In this document: one piece after another, positions 36,246 to 49,417 of the stretch
Position numbering within the stretch: position 1 is the first letter of the stretch
Layout of the letters: each line of letters begins with the position of its first letter
From: Harriotta raleighana
Taxonomy: Eukaryota
Direction of reading: 5' to 3'
NCBI GenBank assembly: GCA_050575255.1
Contig: JBNZDD010013709.1
Span: forward strand, 4,805,693-4,869,692
Length of the DNA stretch: 64,000 nt
The notes under the pieces: model-generated
Told to the model about the DNA's origin: nothing
Database searches by the model: none
The model's input: only the letters and a program-made list of their open reading frames with translations
Translations under genes and position numbers: made by a program

Positions 36246-36979
36246 CATTATTAAATGCCAATTTTTCAGCATGAGCAGTAACATATACTGTACTGCTTGA
36301 AATTAAGTCACAGTGAAAAATGTGACTCCATGATAATAATGGTACTAAGTACTTTCATTGTCCAAAAACCAATCTGCACTGAACGCTCACACCACAAAAA
36401 ATATCTTGCGCATACAGGCATCTGAAAACCTAGGAAGCATTATCAAAAGTGATTGGGGAATTGGAAAGCTGTCTCAGAGGCTGCATTGTTTGAAAATTAA
36501 TGGATGAGAACTGAAATCCATTGGAAAGTCCCAAGATGTCTCGATTTGATAGCACGCAATGAAAGAAAGAAACTTGTATTTTTATAGTGCCTTAGCACAT
36601 TGAGACATCAGTTGCTGTTAAGTGTAGATATTTTTATTAACACAAATATGACAACCATTTTGGGCACAGCAAAGTCCCACAAGCTACCATGACATGAATG
36701 GGCAAGGATTGTTGGTCAGGACACTGAGATAAATTCTTTTTCTTGAACCACATCTTGATCCATGTGATCTTTAAACTCCATCTAAAGAACTGGTAGGCGG
36801 AAGTAACAAAGCTGAAGGCAGAGGACTACTTTGAAATCTGGAGACCCAGCTGGAAGTAAAAGAACTAAATAATTAACAGCTAAAGCATTCATGCCTAAAT
36901 CAGAAACGTAAGGTTGGTACATGGTGCATTTAACTCATAAAATGTAAACCTTTGATAAAGCAGAGTAGTTGATATAGAA

Positions 36980-37218
36980 TACAGAATATACTGTATAAAG
37001 TGAATTGACTGCATATTTGTGGATGAAACGCGGTAGCCAATTGCGCACAGCAGTGCCCCACAAACAGTTGTGGATTAAAATGACCAAGTTTTTTTTTTTT
37101 TTGTACGGATTATTATTAGGCATGTGGACTAAGGAAACTTGCTCTGACCTTCTTGGATTCGAACACAGGTCTCATGCTTGTAAGGCGAGTGCTCTAACCA
37201 CTGAGCTACAGGAGCTCC
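36980..37218 (-). mobile_element. Young SINE
   Basis: CAGAATATACTG..GAAACGCGGTAGCCAATTGCGCACAGC..GGATTCGAACACAGG..CCACTGAGCTACAGGAGCTCC. Confidence 0.9.
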
Positions 37219-37994
37219 ATGCAGCTTCCATTCATCCCACATTGCCTCGGTGTGCACCTTAGCTACTGTGAATGAGACAAAATCCACACCTTGGTTCTAT
37301 TCACGCACCAGAAATCTGTGGCATGGCCTGATCTAAGTGAGACTTCTACCTCTGATACCTTACACTATTTTAAATGCTACAATATATGTCATGGCATTTA
37401 ATGATCACTTAATGCTGCTGTTTTTAGTGTAATTTGTCATAGTAATAAAAAAAATGAATTTGAGAGTATGGTGATGACTTGTGCGAGAATCCTCACTTCT
37501 GACGGACAGTGTTCTGATGAGAATCAAGTGCATTTGTACATTTTTTATTATTTATCTTCATTCAAACTAGCAGGAGTAATCTGTTTCTACATCCTTAATT
37601 GTAAATATGGGCACTGCTCTCACTTGAACAATCCACCTGTCAGGAAATATTACATCAAACAAGGCAGAATAGAATCTCACAGAACCTAATGAATGCTCAC
37701 CATTTTAAACGTTTCCTCCTAAAATGCCCACTGAGCATATAGTACGAGAGTCTTTGATAGAAATAACTACTTCCTACATTTTACTTCACACGGCAGATGG
37801 GGTGTTAGGAATGGCACCATTACTGCAGCTCACTGCTGTTGTCAACTCACTGTTTGAAGCCATACACCCCAATAATTTTATTGCTTTCTTTTCTCGCCTC
37901 AGAACAGTACCTCCCACCCCTGGATTGTTAGATGTGCAAGTTGCAGCAAAATGTCTGACTATCACATTACGATTGATGGATTGCTTTTACAGGG

Positions 37995-38262
37995 GGGTAG
38001 TAATTCCTTCAAAGCAAAATAATAATAATAAATGGTCACTTCAATCCACAACGGTTTATGAGACACTGCTGTGCGTAATTGGCTGCTGCGTTTCGCCCAG
38101 AAAATATAGAGTCAATTCACTTTTACAGTTTATTCTGTGAAGTGCCTTGAGACATCTTGAAGCTGTGATAGGTGCTCTATCAAATGCAATGATTCTTATT
38201 CTTATTTATTATGAGAGGTGAATTTTCCCGACGTGAAAGGCACAATACAAATGCAATTTATT
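37995..38262 (+). mobile_element. Young SINE 3' half followed by an L2 tail remnant
   Basis: GCTGTGCGTAATTGGCTGCTGCGTTTCGCCC...CAAATGCAATGATT, then CCGACGTGAAAGGCAC. Confidence 0.8.
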
Positions 38263-38423
38263 GCTTTGGTGAACACTCACACATTTTCAGCAAATTCTGC
38301 CTGCTTAGATATTCTTTAGAGACCATCCATAATGTTTTTTACTGTTTTATTTTTGGATATCATACGAATTTGTCACATCTTACCTTGTGGCTGATCCAAT
38401 TACAGTATCATCCATTTGCAGAA

Positions 38424-38510
38424 GGGTGGTGGTGGTAGTGCGGGGGTGGGGGGGTGGGGAAGCGGGGGTGGGGGTGTGGGGAAGCGGGGGTGGGGGGAGG
38501 AAGAGGGAGG
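38424..38510 (+). repeat. G-rich short tandem repeat (G-quadruplex-prone)
   Basis: About three copies of GCGGGGGTGGGGG(G/T)..TGGGGAA. Confidence 0.75.
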
Positions 38511-39254
38511 ACTAACACTACCCAAAAGTCCACAGAGTAATAAGCACTCCAAGACATTGTCAGGCATGAAGGGCGCTAAATAAATGCAAGCTGTTGTTGT
38601 TTTGAATCAGTCGAGGAAATTAAAGCACATTTTTCATTCGCCAGCTTTCTTAATGATTTTCAATGTTCCCATCTCATTAAAATGTCGAGATACATTTCAT
38701 TTACATTCTTCGCAAAATGCACTAAATGTAATCAGACTGTAGTGCATGCGTTTAATTAATTCTAAAAAAGTGCATTGCTAAATAACACAGTGAAACATAT
38801 CCCTTCAATAATGTTAATATGTCATTTTGGATCCATAGCTTCAGCTTAATTGTCCCAATATTTATAGTGGGCTTGCTGAGTAATAAACTCAACACTGTGC
38901 TAAGCTGAATCCAGTGAATAATTTACGAAGGGTAATTGAAACAATTAATAATTTGTAAACTGGAAATATATTAGTCTGGAAATAGAAAGTGTAACTGATG
39001 AAATGCTATCCTCAATGAAAATTGACACTCCGTACGACATTACCGCCAGAGTTAACAAGAACAAAACAGTAAAGAACTATTCACCTTGCTTCCTGATGTT
39101 TACCCCCACTTCAATCAATGCTCTTATTCTTTAACATGTTGCTTTCTGCTGGGATAGGCACTATACCAAATGTAAGGATTATTGTATTAGAATTATCATC
39201 ACTTTTTTTTGCCAAGCTGTCATGTATATACAGTAGTATTAATTATAATAATAG

Positions 39255-39452
39255 TTGTGTATCCTGGCCAGCAATCCCCCCCGAATAAAATTGTTCAGTC
39301 ACTTCATGGCTGTTTACAGGACATTGCTGTGTGCAAATTGGCTGCCGTGTTCACCCACAGCATACAATCACTCCTGTGTAGTTTACAGTATATCTTGTGA
39401 AGCACTTTGAGATGTTCTCCTAATGTCGAATGCAAGGATTTTTATTATTATT
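39255..39452 (+). mobile_element. Old Deu-SINE, 3' half
   Basis: GTATCCTGGCCAGCAATCC..GGCTGTTT..TTGCTGTGTGCAAATTGGCTGCCGTG..GAATGCAAGGATT. Confidence 0.72.
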
Positions 39453-39937
39453 GTTCCTTCATTTACTTTCAAGAAGGCTGATCTAAAAAAGTGTAGTGCA
39501 ACACTTTAAACTATTCCCATTATGGCTCACTCCAAGCATTGCTAAAATAATCTAAATTTTGTGCATTTACGCCAGAGGTCGAAACCTCAGGCTCGTTGGC
39601 TTAAATGCACAACACGGCTAAGCAGACATTCCACCTGCACTGGAGTCAAACTATAATCTACCTCATCATAATCACATTAACTAAAGTGGTGGGAACTCAG
39701 GGAGTTTTATACCTATAAATCTAGGGTATAATGTTTGCTCTTCACCTGTACTTTCCATTTGAACACACTTTAGAAATAAACTGTTAACATAAACAAAAAA
39801 TTCCATATTCTGCAAGTGACATTGATCGACAGCACATTCTTTTCATATCCAGGAGGTTTATGAGTTGCATTTCTAGCACTAACTGACATCATATTCGCCG
39901 CTCCATCTTTGTTTTATAGCCTCAGCTCACAGGAAAT

Positions 39938-40180
39938 GCAACAACCAAATTACATTTATAGCCACCTTCATTTCAGACAGAATCAGGGGTTTGGGACCCA
40001 AGCTGGGAGTTTTGGTCAAGAGCGGTGGAGGGCAGGACGTTGGTCGTGGGAGGGTGGTCAAAGGCACGGTCGAAGAGGAAGGTCATCAGATGGGACTTCA
40101 AGGAGCAAGAGAGGGTGTGAGGTGGAGCAATTGCGGGATAGAGTTGCAGACCATGGGGGCAGAAATGCTAAATGCCTGAG
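39938..40180 (-). mobile_element. L2 3' fragment
   Basis: CAACAACCAAATTACATTTATAG..GGTCGAAGAGGAAGGTC..GGGACTTCAAGGAG..GAGTTGCAGACCATGGGGGCAGAAATGCTAAATGCC. Confidence 0.75.
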
Positions 40181-40258
40181 CGTTTACATCTGAATACAGA
40201 TGTGTTCCAACTTTGGGATGGTACTGTGGGGTACTGCTAAGCAATAAGGACTGTATCC

Positions 40259-41766
40259 GAGAGCAGACCAGAGCCCTGGTAATATAAACGTTGCAACCCA
40301 ACTTCCATAATGACCCTTTTCCCAGTATTGCCATAAGTGGCATCTGGCTCAGTGCCGAGAGAAAACAAAGGAATCCTGTGATGCAGCCACATGGGCAAGG
40401 CTGTGTCCTTTTCAGAGCCACTGAGTTATTTCCTTGACACAAGGAGAGTGGCACATCTGTTGAGATGTACTTAACAAATCAGGGAGGTATGAGTCGTGAG
40501 GGGTAGGAAACCAGACTAAGGCACACCCAGGTAACTGCACACAGTCTGGGCTTGTTAGAGGTAGCAAGTGAGCATTGCCTTGTCTGCCAGGGACTAGTGT
40601 CAACTGAGGCTTTTCCCCTGTAATAATAAACTTTTGATTTGAAAACCAAATCTGTCTCCATGCATTCAGTATCTATCTGATTCTGGTCCACTGTTTACAC
40701 AGATGTCCTAACAAGCGTGCTCCTGTGTTTTTAGGGGGACATGGTGATTGCAGAGACGAGTCCGGGTAAATTTCCAACCAACTAGTTGAGAATTCCTAGT
40801 ATGCATGCATAAAACAGCATAATAATCCCGAAACATACTAGGCTTAGGTTGGTAAGAGGCAAGCCTTGGGAATCCAGAATGTGGCGAGTGCAATACTGCT
40901 GGACCTTAAATTCATAGTCTGTGTTCTTGGGGCACTTTAACTGCCTGAAGGTAAGAGTGATGTAAGTGCCATCACCACATAGAGGTACATAAATCAGGGC
41001 AGAAAGTGCTAGCTTCTAAACCAATTACCATGAGGGCAATAATCAGAGTTTGAGTAATATTTACGGTGATTTTAAAAATAGTTTGCTTGGTATAAATAGA
41101 ATTTTTGGTGTGTTATTGTCAGCATATTAGAGGGGGATGATATAAGACCCTGGTTACATTTTCTATTTGACAAAATAAATTACTTCTGTCAACTTAAACC
41201 TGTTACGGCTTACAATTGTTAGTGTAATCAATTTGGATTTTATGATCCTTAATAAAACATTTACTATATAATCTGTTTCTTTGGTCTTTTGGCAATGGTT
41301 AAATTTCAGTTAAATTCTTTCCAGTTCATTCTGTGCCCAACAATGAGAAACAGAATATTTTCCCATTTTTGGAATCCGGGATCAGTGCTCACAAGATCAT
41401 AAGATGGATCTGAATGAAGAAGGCTCTTTGGTCTATCGATCTCAATTCTCCAGAACACCCATCCTACTGTTCACCAAAACTCCCCATCCTCAAATTACTG
41501 CCTCATACCTTTTTAAATGTCTCATGTTCTGGCTTTGCTGAGCATTCAGGATTCTCAAGGGGATACAAAAAGATGAAGACTCTTCTATATCCCAACGAAA
41601 GGTCTGGATAGAAAGTCAAACCTTTCTGCAATAATTGATTCCTTTTCTTTTCCATTTCTACACTTGCAATGTAACCAATTATTGGCAAATTGGGTGCCGT
41701 TTTGTCAATAGTTTCTCATAGGAATTTGGTTGTGACTTTTATTACCCAGGGCTCTGGTCTGTTCTC
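40259..41766. mobile_element. Unclassified ~1.5-kb segment bounded by ~55-bp imperfect inverted repeats (TIR element or opposed LTR-like repeats)
   Basis: Left GAGAGCAGACCAGAGCCCTGGTAAT..GCAACCCAACTTCC; right, reversed, GAGAACAGACCAGAGCCCTGGGTAAT..ACAACCAAATTCC. Confidence 0.45.
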
Positions 41767-41944
41767 TAAAATCTAATTTTGCACACTCAACTCTCGACAC
41801 TGAGAGAATAATGTCATTCCATCAGACGAGTTGGGTTGAAACCTACATCCTTGTGATGAAACCATCATAGAATGATTAGCTGTACCAACTAGAACTCCAT
41901 AGCTTTAAGGATGGGTTGACTTAAAAAATTTAATTACAGTATAA

Positions 41945-42340
41945 TACTCATTACATTTGGTATTGCTGTCATGTGCTGTGACTTGCAGTCAAATGCAACA
42001 GCCAATTTACACACAGCAAACTCACACAAAAAGCTATCAAGTGAATGATCAGTTTTACCTGGAGGACTGTTAATAAGCCTTGAATTTCACCATAATTGGT
42101 CATAAAACCTGGAGAAACTCCCTCCTCTTTTTTATATAGTGTTATTAGATTTTTAACAGCTACCCATAGAAGCATGAGACCTTGGTTTAGAAACTCTAGA
42201 AATCAAACGTTAGCACCTCCAGGAGTGCAGCGTTCCCTCAGAATGTCAGTGTGGATTAAAAGATTAAGCCCTGATTTGCTGTTTGAACACAGAACCCTCT
42301 GACTCAGAGGCGAGAGTGCTACCAACCAAGTCAAACTGAC
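41945..42340 (-). mobile_element. Near full-length old Deu-domain SINE
   Basis: CAGCCAATTTACACACAGCAA..GGAGAAACTCC..GAGACCTTGGTTT..; head reversed GTCAGTTTGACTTGGTTGGTAGCACTCTCGCCTCTGAGTCAGAGGG. Confidence 0.75.
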
Positions 42341-43732
42341 AACTTATTGATATTTGTGCTGGAAATGTGAACTAAAACCAGAAAATGTTGAGAATGCACA
42401 TTTGAATGGAAAAACCAGGTTAATCATTCATTTGGGAATGACCCTGCTGATAGTCCAATCATCAATATGACTGTCTTGCGCTCACCATAGCCTCAGCATG
42501 ATTATCCTCAAAGATTTAAAGGATTATTAGATTTTCTGGTTCTCGCTGTTTATACAAAAGATGATCCAAATGTTTCTCTCAAAAACTTCAAAGAATGAAT
42601 CAGTTGATATTTACTTTTCTTGAAAGTGTGCGTGAAAAGATTTCTATAAGTACAGTATAAAAATATAATTTTAAATAACAACTTACATTTACACAGGGTA
42701 GCGTCTCAGAGCGCTTAACATTGGCAGAGCCTGACTTAAATTGCTGTACACACAGCTTAAATTTCTGCATGCACAGATAGATTGTGTAACTTTGAACATT
42801 CACACCTTTTGGAATGTAGCAGATAAGTAAAGCAGCGAAAATAATTTTTCAGAAGAGAATGAATGCTGTGAATGCAGCAACCATCAGCCTGCTTCTAGAA
42901 ACATACAACCATGACTAGATGCTCATTGAACCTTTACTTTAGATTTGGATGCAATCTTGCATTTATTGTTATAGAATTCAACAAAGGAATAATTACAAAT
43001 GTCAAAATGACAAAGTGAATTTTTTTATGTGTGCTCCAAATTATTCTCACTCTTTTAACAGTTTAGTAAAATGACCTTTGGGTTATTTGAATACATTCTT
43101 ATCATCTTTCTATTTTTGGCCTTCAATTCCATTTTTATTAAATTCTCTTGCCTCATATTCGCAACTTACCTAAAGTAACGATTGAAATCTTATTTGCATT
43201 GTGCTCCATAGTTAACAAAAACCTGAATCTATTTTGTTAACGATATCCTCTGATGCTCCTGTACTATTTTACTTTAGGCCTAGTTTTTTTCAAATATAGT
43301 AATTTCTTTACTTAGTCTATTTGTAAAATGAATTTGTTATCGTGAATGAGGAACTTGACCGTCTTTTTTCAGAAGGCACTGAGCCATTGATCAAGCTCCT
43401 GTAGGCATCCTGAATGATAACCTACATTTTTTCAAAGCTGCCAGTTAAGGACATGTGCACTCTAGCATAAGCAATTCTGCTTTTCCATCAACTTGCCTCA
43501 AGGAACTATCCAGGGCCTGAGAACCGCATTTACACTGGTAACATGCCCGCTGGCTCCTCAACATTCCTCTGTGGTAAAACATCGACAAACACGAGGGTCC
43601 TAGTTCATGCTTTTCTTTTTCTTTATTAAGGTTTAAATGACAGGTAAAAGCAATATTAAAAGCACCATGCCACCAGCATTTTGGGAGTTTTATAGACACG
43701 AGGCACAATTCAATTTAATAGTAAAAATCTTG

Positions 43733-44110
43733 ATCCTTGCATTTGATATAGTACTTTTCATATTTTCTAGACGTCTCAAAGCGCTTCACAGAACATACTG
43801 TAAAGTGCTATAAAAGAAGAATAAACAAACAAACAACAACAACAAAATTACACTTATAGAGCGCATTTCACGTCAGGAGGACGTCCCAAGGCGCTGGACA
43901 GATTGGTTCAGGACCCGAGCAAGGGAAAATGTTCAGGGCGAGGGAGGGGAAGGGTGGGAGCAAGGAGGGGGTAGAGACTCGAGAGGGGAGTTGAAGGCAC
44001 TGTCGAGACAAGACAGTACAGTGGGTATTCAGGAAGGATGAGACCATGTGGACCGAATGGCTTTCTTCATCCAAACCTCTATCATCCGGTGTGACGTTAG
44101 ATTCTTTCTC
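43733..44110 (-). mobile_element. SINE tail followed by an L2 3' fragment
   Basis: TCCTTGCATTTGATATAG..GACGTCTCAAAGCGCTTCACAG, then (CAA)n-AATTACAC..TTTCACGTCAGGAGGACGTCCCAAGGCGCTGG and a purine-rich UTR. Confidence 0.8.
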
Positions 44111-44757
44111 CCTTTCCTACTTACTTCAGCCTGGGTGACACCTTGCAATAGAGGGCTTTACAACTTCACCCAGGTTTCTCAGTGGAAGGAAATACATATT
44201 GGGAATAACATTCTCTTTCTCTCTCTCCATCGCGCTCTCTCCCCCGCTGCTCATTTCTTCCCAAACCATAGCGGTTGAACTCATGGTAGTGAGGGAATCG
44301 ATCGTTCAACCCCATTAATCAAAATGATTCGGTACTTACTTTCTTATGAATTGATAAATTACTACTGAAGAAAGAGTAGCTTTTCAGATTTCTAACACAT
44401 ATTATTTGTTTTGTTTTTTTAACTGCAGAGCATTTAGCTTCCACTTCTGTGGGACAAAAGCACACAAACGTATTTTGACAGGTGACAAGCAAAATTGATG
44501 TTCCCCTTGAAGATGAATGGACACATTACCCCAATCCATAAGCATAGTGCTGACTGATCGAAGCTATGCCCACACTGCAATTATCTTAAATATTCCAATC
44601 CTTGTGCACTTTAAATTGATGTAGAGATGAAACATGTGATCTACTCTGCTTTACTTGTGTCTGCCGCTGGATCCTCACATTAGCAACAGAAACAGTGAAG
44701 GAAGGAGGCCCAAAGCCTAAATGATAGAACTTGGAAACTATGAAATATTCAGAACAT

Positions 44758-45098
44758 TTCTGTAGCTCAAGTGGTTAGAGCACTCACCTTGCAAGCGAGA
44801 GGCCTGGATTCAATACCTGTCAGGGGAAAATATTGGGCAAGTTTCCTTACTCTACATGCCTCTGATTACTTAGCAGTAAGTAGGAAACCAGTTGTTAGTT
44901 AACAGGGTTAATAATTCCTTCAAAAAATAACATAATAATAAATTGGTTACTTCAATCCATTACTATTTGTGAGACACTGCTGTGCGCAATGGCTTCCACA
45001 TTTCACCCACAAAATATACAGTCAATTCAGTTTACAGTATATGCTGTGAGACATCTTGAAGATGTGATAAGGCACTATACATGCAAGTATTATTATTA
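44758..45098 (+). mobile_element. Full-length young SINE, long form
   Basis: TGTAGCTCAAGTGGTTAGAGCAC..; insert CTCTGATTACTTAGCAGTAAGTAGGAAACCAGTTGTTAG; tail ATGCAAGTATTATTATT. Confidence 0.88.
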
Positions 45099-45856
45099 GT
45101 AGTAGAACAGAAGGAGGTCAATGGTTCCTGTTCTGGCTGTCAAAGAGTTATGCAACCACCACCCACCCTCCACCAAGCACTTCCCCTGCGCCCGAACTCA
45201 TTCTCCTGCCTTTTGTAATTCTGTTAAATGTGTTGATTAATTTGAAAAAAATTGGCAGGTTTTCTGTATACTAAAACTGATTCTGGCAAAGGAGGGGGGA
45301 AAAACGTCCAGTGAGCAGCTTGTGAAAGGATGTGAAAAGGAAAAAGCAAGCAAATACTCACATACAGTGAATAGTTCTATCACCATTATTCAGAAAGCTG
45401 TACTGTAAGACTAGATTCTGTTGTGATATATACCGTTTAAGATGAATACCCTTGCCTTATGAAACATTCTATGTCAGCAGATGAATACAATTTGGTTTGT
45501 CCTTTGGGAGGGATTATTGGGTCTGTGGAGTTCTGCAAGACTCAAGGGTGGAAACAAGGGTGCAGAAATGAGGTACAATTAAATTGGAGCAAGATGATGA
45601 TTTATGGATACTACATTCTGAGATGAAGTTAATCGAAATCTGTTCCCACTATCCATTTAGATATTATCCTATCCTACCATGACTATGTTCAAAAAAGGCT
45701 ATAATATCCTGGACATTTCCCCACACAAAGAGCAAAGGAGTAACAGGATGGTAGGCTGGAGTTCTAAACAGTGGGGGCAGAGAGGCTAAAATATTTGGCG
45801 GGAGGGAATATAACTCTTTCAGAAAGCCAGAGCAGGATCCACTGACCTCCTTTTGT

Positions 45857-46330
45857 TCTAATAATAATAATAATCCTTGCTTATATAGTAGCACCTTATC
45901 ACACCTTCAAGATGTCTCAAAGCAGCAGCCGCCGATGGTAGGGCGAATCGGGCGGAAGGGGTAACATTCATTTATAATACTCCCTGCATTTGATATTGTG
46001 CCCATTCACAGGGATTTTCTGTCAAAGTTAATGAATGTGTATTTTGCAGATGCAGAAGTCAATTTACGTATCACAGTGGCTCAGAAATGGTAATAACACA
46101 AATAATTAATACATCTGGAGGACTGTTGACCAGGACACCAGGGGAAACTCCCTTCTCCCTTCTCCTTTTCAGGTAGAGTCATGGGTTGTTGACTGTCCCC
46201 CGAGAACAAGGAGACAGTTCCTCAAATTTAATGCCTCTTGCAATGCAATGCCCCAGTACCACAAAGCATTGTCAACCGTGACAGCAAACGCAAAGTCCCA
46301 ATGTGGGGCTTTAATTTCCTGAGGTATTAA
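45857..46330 (-). mobile_element. SINE tail, short L2 piece and old Deu-SINE fragment
   Basis: (TAA)nTCCTTGC..GATGTCTCAAAGC; CCGCCGATGGTAGGGCG (matches L2 at ~10500); GGAGGACTGTTGACCAGGACACCAGGGGAAACTCC. Confidence 0.65.
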
Positions 46331-48020
46331 TACTCCTTCTCTGGAACTCACCATTTAACACATTTTTCTCAAACGATATTAACATGTGTGTGTAAAAAAA
46401 AACAAAGCTTGAGGGGAAAAAAACGAAGAAAGTGAAAAATTTCCTTCCAACCCCAAAAAATGTTTTCACACCTCCTCAAGTGTGTACAGATTTGATTGTA
46501 TCTCTAAGTGATACAGAATGCAAACCATATGATGTGCCCCAGATCAAGCCTAGAGTCAAATTTGTAACAACTTTTAATCGAACTCTAACATATCTGTTCA
46601 ATGCTTGAATTTGGCAACAGCCTCAACACAAATTGACTTCTGCATCTGCAAAGTTGATGAAAAACAATGCTCGTGATTATTTTTACAGCTTTCATAAGAA
46701 TCCATTGTATCTGATGTTCTTCTATGACGAAATGGAAAACAACTGCAAGAGCAAGCCATCATGACTGGTGTCACATATCAAATCACCACATCTGTTTCAC
46801 CTGGTTTGGTAAACCAGAGTTCAGCATATAAGCATGGGGGGAGGGAGATTATTCTAAAGTCTTCATGCCATTGAGTACTTTGTTCTTGCTCTCATGTTGA
46901 GTCACAACGAGAACATGTATCAAATCAGACCTAAACCACGAATGGAAACTGCAACTGCTGGTGTGCATGTATCTCACAGATGTGTCATTCTCACCCTTTA
47001 CAGAAAAGCCCTCAACCCTTTATATGTGTAACAAAAAGACAAGTGTGAGTCATGTTTATGCCTCCGAGTTTCGTTCTGACTTTTAAGGTACAGTTATCAT
47101 TAGCTGTTGAATGTTGAGGAGCCAGATTAACCTCTAGGAAATCCTGCACACAAACTTAAACATGGTCCCTTTATCGGAGCACGTTTCTGAAAGGTCCTGT
47201 AGGAAAAGACTTCAATCCCTTAAAATTTATGCTGCTTTACAGAACAGATTGTAAATACTGTGGGACTATCTGACAAGTGGGTTTGTTTCATAATGAAGGA
47301 CTGGGCAAAAACAGAAATGTTAACTCACTGCTGAGATAATTCACAATCACAACTTTTTTATTTGAAACAATATTTTCAATTAACAAAAGAAAGAAAAGGC
47401 TGTCTTAGGTTTTCTATTGCAAGCAAAGTTTGCTGATCAGCAATCTCGGTGTTCAAGTGACATATCTTCTGGATATGACGTGTGGCAAGTGACAAAAATC
47501 CCTCCTTCATGTCCACAAACACACACAAACATACACATCCCCACCCACACACAAAATTCCAAGTTAGTGCAAAATAGTTTCTTTCATACAGCTTTTTAAG
47601 ATTGATAAACCATCAGTTGTCCCGTTTACATCATGGCTGTTTGTAAGCCATTTGCAAATTAGCTGCTGTGTTTGCCTACAAAATACATTCTCACTAATAC
47701 CTTACAGTAAATATATCTCTCTTGTGATCTTGTGGCAGAGGCAGGTGATGATGTTGAGTTGAGGAAAAGTGGAGCAAGTGAGAACATGAATGTAAGTTTT
47801 GAAGTTAGTAGGTAGCTGAACAAAAGGTTCTGCACGGAGACTTCATTTAATTTATACATAGGTAGACTCCTCTTAACGTCATAGTTTGGTTCTTGAAAAA
47901 TGTGACTTTAAGCAAAATGACGTTAAGCAAAGACGTTTTTCCCATAAGAATGAATACAAAAACTCAAGTTAGATTCTTTTGGAGATTTTTCCTCAAACTT
48001 TTCTTTTAAAAACCATTATA

Positions 48021-48458
48021 GAGTAAAAGACCAATAATCCAGCACATTCGGGATTCTAGGCGGTGCTGGATTAGCAAATATGTCGGATTATTGGATGTTA
48101 CTCCTAGGGATGGGAGGATTTGAGTGTAGTGTGCTCTTATCTATGTTACATACCTGTATATCGAAAGCCAGAGCTCTCCCCATCCCGGCGGAGCAGGTGG
48201 TTTGCCTAAACAGGCATCGCACCCGCCGAAAGTTAATTTTAAAAAAAAATTGTGCGCACAAATATTAAAGCGCATATGAGCACTTATTAAAAGTGACATC
48301 AATGACGGGCCCCCAAGGAAAATGCACCGAGTAGTGTAAAGGCTCTCTGAGAAGAGATGCACATAGAGATGCGCCTATTCGAAAAAGTCGGACCGTCGCT
48401 TATGCCAGACTATGAGGCATTCCGGATTAACAGGTGCCGGATTAAAGGAATTTTACTG
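48021..48458. mobile_element. Second Tigger-like MITE nested inside the first
   Basis: Left TA|GAGTAAAAGACCAATAATCCAGCAC; right GTGCCGGATTAAAGGAATTTTACTG|TA (reverse complement CAGTAAAATTCCTTTAATCCGGCAC). Confidence 0.8.
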
Positions 48459-48464
48459 TACTTG

Positions 48465-48660
48465 CTCCCTGACTACCTGCCTGGCTCACTCACTCGGTTC
48501 CTGACTGCCTGCCTGGCTCACTCACTAGCTCCCTGACTGTCTGCCCGGCTCACTCACTCGCTGGTGGTCTCACTCGCTCCTGGCCTGGCTGGTCTCACTC
48601 GCTGCCTGTCTCACTCGTTGCCGGCTGGCTCACTCTCTCACTGCCGGCCTGGCTCACTCC
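48465..48660 (+). repeat. ~32-bp minisatellite inside the MITE
   Basis: Three copies of CCTGACT(A/G)(C/T)CTGCC(T/C)GGCTCACTCACT, then degenerate units. Confidence 0.8.
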
Positions 48661-49417
48661 CAGGTCCTAGCGCCGCTGTGCCCCCTTTCCAAATGCAAGC
48701 GAACGACGTAATAGTGAACGTTGCAACGTTAAATGAGTATATGTTCCCAATGTATCAGCAATGTAATAACGAAAAAAAGTTAACTGAGGCAACGTTAAGT
48801 GGGGTCTACCTGTACCTACTTTCAATATTCATTTGTTGTAACAGGTTTTATAGCAAAGGAGTTTTTAACGTTGGTGGAATCAGCAACGCACTAACGATCC
48901 CCTCATGTTGCTGGCCCCCAAAGTAATGCAAAAAATCATAAAAATGGGAGGATTTGAGTGTGCTGTGCTCTTGTCTTTTGTTAAATACAGCGAAAACCAG
49001 TACACTCCCCAGCCCGGTGGAGCAGGCGGTCGGCCTAAAGAGGCATCACACCCACCGAAAGTTAATTTTTGCTTAAAATAAAATTGCGCATGCGCTTTTA
49101 TTAAATTTACCGTCAGTGACGGGCCCCCTAAGAAAATTGCACTGAGTAGTTTGAAGTCTTAAAAACGCCTCTATTTTATAGGAATCTCCTCGTAAGCCAA
49201 ATTTCAATTAAATAAAAGGAAATAAGGGACTGGAAAACACCAACTACATAACACAGAACACATCAATTAAATTAAAATGGGAAACAAGCACCAAGATAAC
49301 AAAATTAATGCTAAGCGATATTATCATATGTTTATAACAATAATAATCCTTGCATTTGATGTAGCTATTTTACACCCCTGGGCTACAAGCATTTGCTGTA
49401 TGGCTTCTGCAACATCT

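Larger units (their letters stand above)
47859..48812. mobile_element. Tigger-like MITE (host element)
   Basis: Left TAGGTAGACTCCTCTTAACGT; right ACGTTAAGTGGGGTCTACCTG|TA (reverse complement CAGGTAGACCCCACTTAACGT). Confidence 0.82.

Noticed and set aside
44273-44311. GGTTGAAC...GTTCAACC hairpin
   Set aside because: An 8-bp stem with a long unpaired loop is expected by chance in 64 kb.
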